IMG/VR virus record: IMGVR_UViG_3300045988_154953
Direction: 5' to 3' (one strand)
Origin: a virus
Length of the DNA stretch: 64,000 nucleotides
Part shown: piece by piece, positions 17,067-25,302 of the stretch
Layout: every line of letters starts with the position of its first letter
Position numbering within the stretch: position 1 is the stretch's first letter
Translations under genes and position numbers: made by a program
The notes under the pieces: generated by a model
The model's input: only the letters and a program-made list of their open reading frames with translations
What the model was told of the DNA's origin: nothing
Database searches by the model: none

Positions 17067-17193
17067 AAGTGGGTAGCTCAGTGGTAGAGCACGATAATAA
17101 GATAATGTGTCGAGTACTTTAGTGACACTTACAGCAATTTTTCTTTTTTGCATTTTAAGCACGATGTCGTAGGTTCGAGTCCTGCCCCACTTG
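17067..17193 (+). tRNA. tRNA-Lys(UUU)-like gene with a 55-nt insertion between the D arm and the anticodon arm
   Basis: Acceptor AAGTGGG/CCCACTT. D arm GCTC-AGTGGTA-GAGC. Insertion 17092-17146 contains GTGTC..GACAC-TT-ACAGCAA. Anticodon arm TTTGC-ATTTTAA-GCACG (4 of 5 pairs). Variable loop ATGTC. T arm GTAGG-TTCGAGT-CCTGC. Confidence 0.55.
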
Positions 17194-17196
17194 TTT

Positions 17197-17268
17197 TAGA
17201 TGATAACAGCAATTCACGAAAATATAAACACATTTATTAAACAAGTATAAAAGTTATAAAATCATCTA
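17197..17268 (+). ncRNA. stem-closed ACAGCAA element E4
   Basis: TAGATGAT/ATCATCTA closing stem. ACAGCAA at 17206-12. Confidence 0.5.
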
Positions 17269-17276
17269 GCGATTAT

Positions 17277-17335
17277 AAGACAGTTACAGCAACACTATTA
17301 TATAAAAGACTTAAAATTTAAAACAAAACTGTCTT
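17277..17335 (+). ncRNA. stem-closed ACAGCAA element E5
   Basis: AAGACAGT/ACTGTCTT closing stem. ACAGCAA at 17286-92. Weak Leu(UAA)-like loop CTTAAAA. Confidence 0.5.
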
Positions 17336-17384
17336 GGAATCAAAGTAACTTTACAACAATTTTGGTTCAAAGGAGAATAAATTT

Positions 17385-18938
17385 ATGTTTATGAACGATT
17401 TAAAAGAAACGTTAAATGAAGATTTTAATGAATCTATCACCGAAAATAATGCCAATGGTTATAGAACAACAGGAAAAGAACTGTTGGATATGAACTTTAT
17501 GGTATCTTCGATGAGAAAAATGAGTGATAAACAAATTATTGATAAATTTGTAAAAGCTTTCTATGAAAATAAAATGTATGCAATTAAATGGTTGTATTAC
17601 GTAAGGGATGCTCGTGAGGGAGTTGGCGAGAGAAGATTGTTCAGAGTTTGTATGGAATATCTTGCAAAGAATCATACAGACATTGCAAAAGCCATGATCC
17701 CTTTGACAGCTGAATATGGTCGTTGGGATGACTTATTATCTTTACTTGATACAGAATTAGCTGACAATGTTATTAAATTATTTGGTGATCAGCTTACTGA
17801 AGATATGAAAAACTTGAAATCAAATAAACCTATTTCATTATTAGGTAAATGGATGCCTAGCTGCAATGCATCATCTAGAAAAACTAGAAAACTGGGTGTA
17901 GAGATTGCGGAAAAGCTTGGTATTTCTGAAAGGAAGTATAGAAAGATGCTTTCTGCCATCAGAAAATATCTTGACGTTGTAGAAGTTAAAATGGCTGCAG
18001 GACAATGGGATCAGATTGATTATTCAAAAGTTTCCTCAAGAGCTAATTTAATTTATAATAACGCTTTTCTGAGACATGATGAAGAACGTAGACGTAAATA
18101 CCTTGAAAGCTTGCAAAAAGGCGAAACAAAGATTAATGCCGGTGTATTATTTCCACATGATATTGTACATAAGTATTATAACTTAGATTATTGGCGTATC
18201 AATATTAAAAATTATGATACAGCACTTGAAGAAATGTGGAAGGCATTACCAGATTATGTGAATGGTGCTGGTAATACAATTTGTGTTGCTGATGGGTCTG
18301 GAAGTATGTACACAAGAGTAGGTGGCACAAATGTAATGGCGATTGAAGTAGCAAATGCTTTAGCAATTTATTTTTCCGAAAGATGCTCTGGACAGTTTAA
18401 GGATAATTATATAACCTTTAGTATGAATCCGAAACTTGTTAGTTTTAGTAGAGCTAAATCTTTAAAAGAGAAAATAGAAATTGCTTTAAAACACACCGAA
18501 TGTGCTAATACGAATATTGAAGCCGTATTTGATTTGATTCTTAAAACAGCAATTAGAAAAAATATGAAACAGGATGAATTACCGCAGAATATATTGATTT
18601 TATCGGACATGGAGTTCGATAGTTGTGTTGAATACAATAGAAGTAGCAGATGTAATCTCAATAGACCTACCAAAAGATTATTTAAAGTATTTGAAGAAAG
18701 ATATGCTGAACATGGCTATAAACTTCCAAGATTAGTATTTTGGAATATTTGTAGTAGAACTGGTACAATTCCTGTAAAAGAAAATGATTTAGGTGTAGCA
18801 CTTGTAAGTGGTTTCAGTCCGGCAGTTGTTAAGATGGTACTTAGTAATAGTACAGATCCACTTGAATGTTTACTTGAACAGTTGAATTCAGAAAGATATC
18901 AGCCGGTAGAAGATGCAATCAAGGATTTAGTTGCTTAA
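17385..18938 (+). CDS. DUF2828-type protein: helical N-terminal domain plus C-terminal vWA (Ro60/TROVE-like architecture)
   Basis: N-terminal TENNANGY..TG..LLD motif typical of DUF2828. MIDAS motif DGSGSM at about aa 305. RBS AAAGGAG. Confidence 0.7.
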   Translation: MFMNDLKETLNEDFNESITENNANGYRTTGKELLDMNFMVSSMRKMSDKQIIDKFVKAFYENKMYAIKWLYYVRDAREGVGERRLFRVCMEYLAKNHTDIAKAMIPLTAEYGRWDDLLSLLDTELADNVIKLFGDQLTEDMKNLKSNKPISLLGKWMPSCNASSRKTRKLGVEIAEKLGISERKYRKMLSAIRKYLDVVEVKMAAGQWDQIDYSKVSSRANLIYNNAFLRHDEERRRKYLESLQKGETKINAGVLFPHDIVHKYYNLDYWRINIKNYDTALEEMWKALPDYVNGAGNTICVADGSGSMYTRVGGTNVMAIEVANALAIYFSERCSGQFKDNYITFSMNPKLVSFSRAKSLKEKIEIALKHTECANTNIEAVFDLILKTAIRKNMKQDELPQNILILSDMEFDSCVEYNRSSRCNLNRPTKRLFKVFEERYAEHGYKLPRLVFWNICSRTGTIPVKENDLGVALVSGFSPAVVKMVLSNSTDPLECLLEQLNSERYQPVEDAIKDLVA

Positions 18939-18943
18939 AAAGA

Positions 18944-19008
18944 ATAGATACGCACAGCAATTAAGAAGTTTGGTTTAGGTTCACATCCTTTTTCAAATAT
19001 TTGTATCT
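18944..19008 (+). ncRNA. stem-closed ACAGCAA element E6
   Basis: TAGATAC/GTATCTA closing stem. ACAGCAA at 18953-59. Starts 6 nt after the stop of 17385..18938. Confidence 0.5.
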
Positions 19009-19037
19009 AGATAAAAAATAGAAACGTTAAAAGTTAT

Positions 19038-19064
19038 GCGTCAGTAAAGTTGCTGACGCATTTT
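19038..19064 (+). terminator. Rho-independent terminator ending the RNA-array operon
   Basis: GCGTCAG-N8-CTGACGC followed by ATTTT. Confidence 0.65.
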
Positions 19065-19081
19065 ACAAATAGGAGAAGTAA

Positions 19082-19372
19082 ATGGTTTTTTGTAGTGATG
19101 ATAGAAAAGAATTAATTGTGACATGTAAATGTGGATGCCAGGATTCAATTCATGTGAAAATAGATAAAGAAAGTCCAGACTATTATTGTTTGGTTACTTA
19201 TATGAATGGTAATTGGAGTAGAGATCAAGGAGATAAGATTCATAGAACAATTGGAAGAAAACTTAAGAAAATCTGGAGTATTATTCGCAATAAAGATTAC
19301 TATTATTCAGATATTATTATGAGAAAGTCAGATTTCAAGATATTAAAAAATTATATTAATGAGATTGAGTAG
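19082..19372 (+). CDS. hypothetical protein
   Basis: ORF with RBS AGGAGAAG. Confidence 0.6.
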   Translation: MVFCSDDRKELIVTCKCGCQDSIHVKIDKESPDYYCLVTYMNGNWSRDQGDKIHRTIGRKLKKIWSIIRNKDYYYSDIIMRKSDFKILKNYINEIE

Positions 19373-20377
19373 ATGCACATGTTACAAATTTTAGAATTGT
19401 TTGGTGGTATTGGAAGTCCAAGAGTAGCACTTCGCAATTTAGGTATTCCAGTAAAAGCCATTGACTATGTTGAAATTGATGCAAAGGCTGTAAGAAGTTA
19501 TAATGCAATGTTCGCATCGGAACTTCCTTATAAAACACAATCAGTTATTGGTTATAATTTACAACCAGATATCCTTATACATGGGAGTCCATGTCAGACC
19601 TTCAGTATAGCTGGTCATCAAGGTGGATTAACAAAAGAAAACGGTCGTATAAATAGAGGTGCCGGGGCTGATGAAGGATCTGGTTCGCAGTCATCTCTTA
19701 TGTGGGAAACAGTTAATATTATAAAACAAATGGGTGAATGGAAACCTAAAATTGTCATTTGGGAAAATGTAAAGAATATAACAAGCAAATATATGATACA
19801 TAATTTTGTTAAGTATCTTAACGTAATGGAAGAAATGGGATATACAAATTCATATGAATGTCTAGATGCAAGAGATTTTGGAATACCACAAGCGAGAGAA
19901 AGGGTATTTACAATTTCCTGTTTAAATGGCACAAAATTTAATTTTAAAACTTTGAAACATACTAAAATGAGACCTTTACAGAATTTTTTAGAAGATAATG
20001 TTTCTGAAAGATATTTAGTAACGCAGCCAAGTATTCTTTCTACCATCGGCAATACAAAAACGATCAAGAGAGCAACCGTAATTAAAGATTATGTATATAC
20101 AATTACAGAACGTCAAGATAGATGCCCGGCACAAATTATTGATGTTGGAAATGGCAAGTATAGATTTTTAACAGAATTAGAATGTTGGAGATTATTTGGA
20201 TATTCAGATGATGACTATTATGCTGCGGAAGCTGCTAATCCAAAACGTAAGAATGCGATTGTGAATAGAACTTTGTATCGACAAGCTGGTAATAGCATAG
20301 TGGTTCCAATATTTGAATCTATATTTGAACAGTGTTTAGATATATTAAATTATAATAAAGCAACAGTAGAGGAATAA
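19373..20377 (+). CDS. DNA (cytosine-5)-methyltransferase
   Basis: Motifs FGGIGS (I), PCQTFS (IV), ENV (VI), QARERVF (VIII) and GNS (X). Confidence 0.9.
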   Translation: MHMLQILELFGGIGSPRVALRNLGIPVKAIDYVEIDAKAVRSYNAMFASELPYKTQSVIGYNLQPDILIHGSPCQTFSIAGHQGGLTKENGRINRGAGADEGSGSQSSLMWETVNIIKQMGEWKPKIVIWENVKNITSKYMIHNFVKYLNVMEEMGYTNSYECLDARDFGIPQARERVFTISCLNGTKFNFKTLKHTKMRPLQNFLEDNVSERYLVTQPSILSTIGNTKTIKRATVIKDYVYTITERQDRCPAQIIDVGNGKYRFLTELECWRLFGYSDDDYYAAEAANPKRKNAIVNRTLYRQAGNSIVVPIFESIFEQCLDILNYNKATVEE

Positions 20378-20457
20378 TAATTAAATGAAGATTTTCAATT
20401 TTGGATTACATCTATTATCCATTGGAAATTTAGATGTTGTTAAAGTAGGAGGAAAAA

Positions 20458-20670
20458 ATGGATTGGATTAAATGTAGCGATAAACTTCCAGAAAATGACG
20501 AAAGATTTACAAATAGGAAAGCAATAGATGTATTAGTTACTACTAAATACAAAAGAGTAAGAAAAGTGCAACGAATATACGATAAATATTCAGGTATGTG
20601 GCATTGGAGTGGAAAAGCTAATTTACCAATTGCTTGGATGTATATGCCGGAACCTTATAAAGGAGATTAG
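20458..20670 (+). CDS. DUF551-like phage protein
   Basis: WIKCSDKLPEND.. N-terminus typical of DUF551. Confidence 0.55.
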   Translation: MDWIKCSDKLPENDERFTNRKAIDVLVTTKYKRVRKVQRIYDKYSGMWHWSGKANLPIAWMYMPEPYKGD

Positions 20671-20672
20671 AG

Positions 20673-21320
20673 ATGAGTAGCTGGACTTACATAAACGGTA
20701 CTATTACAGCAGAACCATTAGGACGAACGCAAGCTGAAAAAAGATATATTCTCGAAACAGTTTTAAATCATTTACCCATTGTCACAGGATCTGAAGGAAA
20801 TATGGATGTATATATCATTCAAAAAAATGGTTATAACAGTTCATTATCGCACGATGAGTTTGGAGAAAGAACCAATAATTTAGTAGATAGATATGGCAAT
20901 AAATCTTTTGATAGAGGGTGGATGAGAGTTCAGGATGAATATATCTTAGTCGTCAATGCTGCATTACGAGACAGAGAATTTGGTCAGACGTATAGAGAAT
21001 TCATAAAGTGGCTTGTAAGGCTCTGCAAACGAGTGATGTGTGAAGATGTCCTTGTTGAGATAAAGGGTTATAACAAGTCAACAGTAATCAAAGATAGAAA
21101 TATTCAAAATAAAGCGTATTCCTGGAAGAGTGTATTCGATAGTTTGTTTGAGGATCCAAGTTGGTGTAATAAAACCGAAGAACCTAATTGGACAGAATAT
21201 CTTATGTGGGACAGAGCTAAAGATTCATATTATCCAATGAAGCTGGCATATAAGTATTTTAATGATGAAGAAAATGACAAAGAAGTCGAGAGAAGAAAAA
21301 CATGGAGAAAGCATGAGTAA
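20673..21320 (+). CDS. hypothetical protein
   Basis: ORF tightly packed with its neighbours. Confidence 0.6.
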   Translation: MSSWTYINGTITAEPLGRTQAEKRYILETVLNHLPIVTGSEGNMDVYIIQKNGYNSSLSHDEFGERTNNLVDRYGNKSFDRGWMRVQDEYILVVNAALRDREFGQTYREFIKWLVRLCKRVMCEDVLVEIKGYNKSTVIKDRNIQNKAYSWKSVFDSLFEDPSWCNKTEEPNWTEYLMWDRAKDSYYPMKLAYKYFNDEENDKEVERRKTWRKHE

Positions 21321-21558
21321 TAAAATTGATAGGGTGTTGTCGATAGATATAAATTGTATATATACTCCAGACAATGAAAATTTATATCCAATAACGTTAC
21401 ATATGGAACAGCTTTCTAATTGCACAATTAGATTTTCAGATAATGGGAAAACATCAAATGATTTTAAAATAGATGAATCACAAGTCCTTAGTAATTTAAA
21501 AATAAAAACAGATTCGGCCTCATGTAAGTTTAAAGAAACAGTTTGCGCAGGTATATAA
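21314..21558 (+). CDS. hypothetical protein
   Basis: ATG at 21314 overlaps the upstream stop. Same frame as the track ORF 21262. Confidence 0.5.
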
Positions 21559-21864
21559 ATGAAATTTAAAGAAAAGTTATATATATTTTTAGAACGATCT
21601 AAGTTGTCAAATTCAGAATATTTGACAATGAAAGAAAAAGCAAAAAAATTTGATGAGATGTTAGCTGCAATTAGTATGGAAACAAACGCAGAATACTTAC
21701 CTGTTGAACGCCCAAATGGATGTGTCATTGCAAAAGTACTGATATCAAAAAGTTTGACTATTTCTGTTAATATACCAGACTTAATGAAAGGTGCAGGTAT
21801 TGTATATGATAGACAGCTTACGAATATAAAGGTTATCGAAGAAGAAAAGAATGGAGACAAATGA
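21559..21864 (+). CDS. hypothetical protein
   Basis: ORF. Confidence 0.55.
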   Translation: MKFKEKLYIFLERSKLSNSEYLTMKEKAKKFDEMLAAISMETNAEYLPVERPNGCVIAKVLISKSLTISVNIPDLMKGAGIVYDRQLTNIKVIEEEKNGDK

Positions 21865-21868
21865 ATAA

Positions 21869-22432
21869 ATGAGTTCAACAAAAGATAATACATATACTGA
21901 CACAGATGAAAGAACATTTTATTTATCAGATGATGTTGATAATGAATCTGTTGGTAAATTAGTATGGAATATTTTATATCAGATTCGAAAAGATGATGAA
22001 AAAGACGAAAAGGAAAAAGAATATAAACGTGATCCAATTAGGTTATATATTAATTCCTATGGCGGAAATGTCTATGATATGTGGGGACTGATTGATATTA
22101 TTCTTAATAGTAAAACACCAATTTACACATACTGCACTGGATATGCCATGAGTGGAGCCTTTAAAATTTTCTTAGCAGGACATAAAAGATATTGTTATAA
22201 ACATTCAACATTTATGTATCATCAGATGAATTGTTGGCGAAGTGGCAAATATCAGGATTTAGTAGAAAACAGAGAAGAAATGGATTGGTTAAATAAAAAA
22301 ATCGAAGAGTATGTAATTAATAGAACTAATCTTACTGAATGTGATATTAAGGATATTCGTGAAAAGAAAAAAGATTTCTATATTCATTCTGACAAAGCAA
22401 TCAATTTTGGAATTGTAGACGAGGTTTTATAA
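21869..22432 (+). CDS. ClpP-family serine protease
   Basis: YINSYGGNV, the GYAMSGAF active-site Ser context and MYHQM (His) match the ClpP fold. Confidence 0.8.
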   Translation: MSSTKDNTYTDTDERTFYLSDDVDNESVGKLVWNILYQIRKDDEKDEKEKEYKRDPIRLYINSYGGNVYDMWGLIDIILNSKTPIYTYCTGYAMSGAFKIFLAGHKRYCYKHSTFMYHQMNCWRSGKYQDLVENREEMDWLNKKIEEYVINRTNLTECDIKDIREKKKDFYIHSDKAINFGIVDEVL

Positions 22433-22449
22433 AACAAGGAGGTTTCACT

Positions 22450-22623
22450 ATGAGTAGCATTTCTGCTGGCGAATTAAAATATATCCTCAGTAGGTATCCA
22501 GATGATTATGAAGTTATCATGGAAATCACCACAAAGTACGATGTTGAAGCAGGAACGACTATTTCCTTCATCAATGGAATGAAAGTAAATCATGAAACCA
22601 AAGAAATTAGATTGATGAATTAG
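22450..22623 (+). CDS. hypothetical protein (57 aa, below the track cutoff)
   Basis: ATG after AAGGAGG. Fills a gap otherwise covered only by an antisense track ORF. Confidence 0.5.
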   Translation: MSSISAGELKYILSRYPDDYEVIMEITTKYDVEAGTTISFINGMKVNHETKEIRLMN

Positions 22624-22634
22624 GAGATTGAATT

Positions 22635-23213
22635 TTGAAAATAGATAAAAATAATCCAAATAGAGATTTTTTCTTACACAATTTGAAAAATATTATAAAA
22701 ACCGACAATGGATATATTCTTCAGAAGTGTTACAAAGAATTAGATAATGAAGAAATTATTGCGATAGGTGATGCTTCTTTAATGGACTATTCAAAGCACA
22801 ATTGCGATATATGTATCCATCATACTTCACTGGATTCTTGTTTAATCAGAAATCAATTAGAAAAACTACCACCAAATCATTTTAGATATTGTAATACCAT
22901 AAACAAGTGTGATGCCTATGAACCGATTCAGGAGCTTACCATTATAAAATCTAAAGAAGAAATGGTTCAGTTTATTGAAAAGACAGAGAATTTCTTTGGA
23001 TGTCCAGAGGATTATGAAAGCTATTATGGTTTTGAACGAATCTGGGACGAAGAAGGAGATGGCAGCATTCTTGAGACAACTAGAGAATATTACGATAGAG
23101 GTGGCGATTTTACAAACATTCCTGATAAGTTCCCGTGCGTAATATATTTTGGAATAATCGATGATGATTGTGTAAGAAGTGATCATTTAAAATGGATTTA
23201 CATTGGAAAATAA
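22635..23213 (+). CDS. hypothetical protein
   Basis: ORF with TTG start after AGGAG. Confidence 0.55.
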   Translation: MKIDKNNPNRDFFLHNLKNIIKTDNGYILQKCYKELDNEEIIAIGDASLMDYSKHNCDICIHHTSLDSCLIRNQLEKLPPNHFRYCNTINKCDAYEPIQELTIIKSKEEMVQFIEKTENFFGCPEDYESYYGFERIWDEEGDGSILETTREYYDRGGDFTNIPDKFPCVIYFGIIDDDCVRSDHLKWIYIGK

Positions 23214-23217
23214 GATT

Positions 23218-23595
23218 ATGGATAGATTAAGAGAAATTGGAACTATATCTGGAAAATATAGAGATTTAGAACATGAGATCAGAAGACTATTAAAAAATGA
23301 ATATGATGCATATATTCAAGAAAAACAAAATTTTACAATAAATCCATATCATTGGAGTAATAATAAGCGAAGAATGTATGGTCTCTGTACATTAAGGGGA
23401 AATGCAAATAAATTTCGTTCAAAAAAATTTCAATCGTTTAGAATAAATGATTGTATTTTCGATTTTATTACAGATGTAATGGATGAGTGTATTAAAAATG
23501 AAATTTTAGAATCATTAAACTATTTTGTTGAAATAAATGATATCACTTTAGGAGATAAAGATTTTGTTTGGAATTACAAACAGGAGGAAGTTTAA
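23218..23595 (+). CDS. hypothetical protein
   Basis: ORF. ATG at 23218. Confidence 0.55.
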   Translation: MDRLREIGTISGKYRDLEHEIRRLLKNEYDAYIQEKQNFTINPYHWSNNKRRMYGLCTLRGNANKFRSKKFQSFRINDCIFDFITDVMDECIKNEILESLNYFVEINDITLGDKDFVWNYKQEEV

Positions 23596-23598
23596 ATT

Positions 23599-23943
23599 AT
23601 GGATAGATTGTTACGAGAAAGTGATGTAATAAAAGTGATAAATGAACATACGAATGATGGAAAAATTGATAAGGATATTAGATACATTCTTGAAAATATC
23701 GAGACAGCATCTATAGATATTCCACCTTTAATGCTGAATGCAGAAAGGTCAGAAGCGTGTGATGAAAGTCCAAGGCCAAGGAAAGAAAAACGAGTGCAGT
23801 TATTCGAAAATAATAATCTTATCTTGGATCATCGTGGAAACAAATATTACTTATCATTCTTTGATGATGATGGTAAATTTCGTAGAGAAGTTACAATTAT
23901 ATTAAAGGATGACTATAAAGTTGTACTTTCTAATGGACAATAG
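23599..23943 (+). CDS. hypothetical protein
   Basis: ORF with RBS AGGAGGAAG. Confidence 0.6.
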   Translation: MDRLLRESDVIKVINEHTNDGKIDKDIRYILENIETASIDIPPLMLNAERSEACDESPRPRKEKRVQLFENNNLILDHRGNKYYLSFFDDDGKFRREVTIILKDDYKVVLSNGQ

Positions 23944-23953
23944 GTAATTAATA

Positions 23954-24157
23954 ATGGAAAAGTTATTGATAGATAGTATAGAGTATCAACAAAAAGTTTT
24001 GGATTGTATAGGCTCTGGAGAAATTGATAAATTTTTTGGAGTAACCTATTTTAAAAATCTTCCAGAGTCCGATGTGTGCAAACAAGCTATGATTTATGGA
24101 ATGACTATTGCATCTATGATAACAAGTAGATGTGATCGAATCGTCATTAAGGTATGA
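23954..24157 (+). CDS. hypothetical protein
   Basis: ORF. Confidence 0.5.
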   Translation: MEKLLIDSIEYQQKVLDCIGSGEIDKFFGVTYFKNLPESDVCKQAMIYGMTIASMITSRCDRIVIKV

Positions 24158-24272
24158 TCAATGGTAAGAATAAAATTCAAAAATGGTAGTTATAATGATG
24201 GAATGGATTCATTTAATGCTGCATTAGGTAGTTTTTCAATGTTTAAAGATTTAGTGGAGTTAAAAGATTGAT

Positions 24273-24560
24273 ATGAAAGTAATTGAATTAATCAATAGAC
24301 TAAACGAAATTGGTTATGATGAAAATACTGAATTGACGTTTAGTTGTATAGATGGCGATTCTGGAGAATATTATGATATTCCATTTGAAGAAATTTCTTG
24401 TGGAGAAGACCTCACAGGTGAACCTTATTGTAATGATGTGATTGATATTGAAGTAAATGTCGATGCAGCGGAAGACTATATAAAAGACAAATCGAATAAC
24501 CGCGTATATGATATAGTTAATCATTTAATAGAAGTTTTAAAAGGATATGATCTGTATTAA
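24273..24560 (+). CDS. hypothetical acidic protein
   Basis: ORF. Confidence 0.55.
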   Translation: MKVIELINRLNEIGYDENTELTFSCIDGDSGEYYDIPFEEISCGEDLTGEPYCNDVIDIEVNVDAAEDYIKDKSNNRVYDIVNHLIEVLKGYDLY

Positions 24561-24670
24561 ACAAAATCGAAAATCATAACAACTATATATAGTGTACATA
24601 TGATATATACAGACTATATATAGATATAAAAAGCTATTGAAATTCCGATTTCAATTGGAGGTGGAGAAAA

Positions 24671-25204
24671 ATGAATTTAAAATCAAAAAACGAGCAATCA
24701 AATAAAAAAACAAAAGTAACAAGTCTCGATATTATAGTAACTATGTATGGAGATAAACCATATTATGAAATTAAATACAAAAAATTGGGAGATGATTCTT
24801 ATTATATCGGTTACAGTTCTTTTAGTTTGAATCTTGTTCTTGATTGGAAGAGGGAACATTTCGAATTAGTTGAATGTAGAGATAGTGATAATTACGAAAC
24901 GATTATTGAACGATTAGAGCGTTTTGTAGATGCTCTTGATGAGGGGATTGATTCTATCTATGAACATCCCATGACAAATAAAGAAATTATTGATTATTTG
25001 GTATCGACTGGATTATACGAAAACACTGAAGGTGATATGTTCTATGAAAAGAAAATGCTTGATGAAAATAAAACAGTTCCAATTAGAGATTTGGTAGAAA
25101 GATTTGTTGATGTAGATAAGGAATTTAATGGAGAACCTTGGAACATCATGCAAATTCTAAAGAATATAGACATGGTTATTCCAGTAGAGGATAGAAAATG
25201 TTGA
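24671..25204 (+). CDS. hypothetical protein
   Basis: ORF with RBS GGAGGTGGAG. Confidence 0.6.
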   Translation: MNLKSKNEQSNKKTKVTSLDIIVTMYGDKPYYEIKYKKLGDDSYYIGYSSFSLNLVLDWKREHFELVECRDSDNYETIIERLERFVDALDEGIDSIYEHPMTNKEIIDYLVSTGLYENTEGDMFYEKKMLDENKTVPIRDLVERFVDVDKEFNGEPWNIMQILKNIDMVIPVEDRKC

Positions 25205-25302
25205 AATTGTAGCAGAAGAAAATTTTACCAAAGAGGATGTAAAATTGAGCATGATGCTGCGGTTGCTTATGATTTGGATATTATTTATGAGGAGGATTAA
25301 TT

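Noticed and set aside
17117-17134. Resemblance of CTTTAGTGACACTTACAG (and of TTTAGGTGAC at 41274-41283) to SP6/T7-type single-subunit RNA polymerase promoters.
   Set aside because: The positions upstream of ACAGCAA vary freely between copies, and each is matched by a compensating complementary strand. That indicates RNA helices, not a promoter specificity region. No single-subunit RNAP gene is in the window, and the 41274 match diverges after 10 nt.
17088-17165. 8-nt direct repeat AGCACGAT (17088-95 and 17158-65) flanking the tRNA I insertion, read as a target-site duplication.
   Set aside because: Removing one repeat plus the intervening sequence also deletes the only anticodon arm (17147-63), so it does not restore a functional tRNA. 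The second copy is simply part of the anticodon stem and variable loop.
16505-19008. CRISPR array as an explanation for the repeated ACAGCAA elements.
   Set aside because: The invariant part is only 7-10 nt, the unit lengths vary from 53 to 72 nt, and the flanking helices differ and co-vary. There are no long identical repeats with unique spacers, and no cas genes.
21225-22037. 270-aa minus-strand ORF, plus the other long minus-strand track ORFs (for example 6565..6978, 12351..12752, 19618..20067, 63323..63751).
   Set aside because: Each lies antisense to a + strand gene with recognisable domains (ClpP, LigA, P-type ATPase, Dcm). Their Phe/Ile/Leu/Ser-rich composition is what antisense frames of AT-rich coding DNA produce, and none has an RBS. 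Only 38817..38996 on the minus strand survives this test.
23954-24272. Possible TGA read-through linking 23954..24157 to the downstream 36-codon frame.
   Set aside because: The downstream segment has its own ATG (24161) and is simply below the 60-aa cutoff of the track. There is no evidence for read-through.
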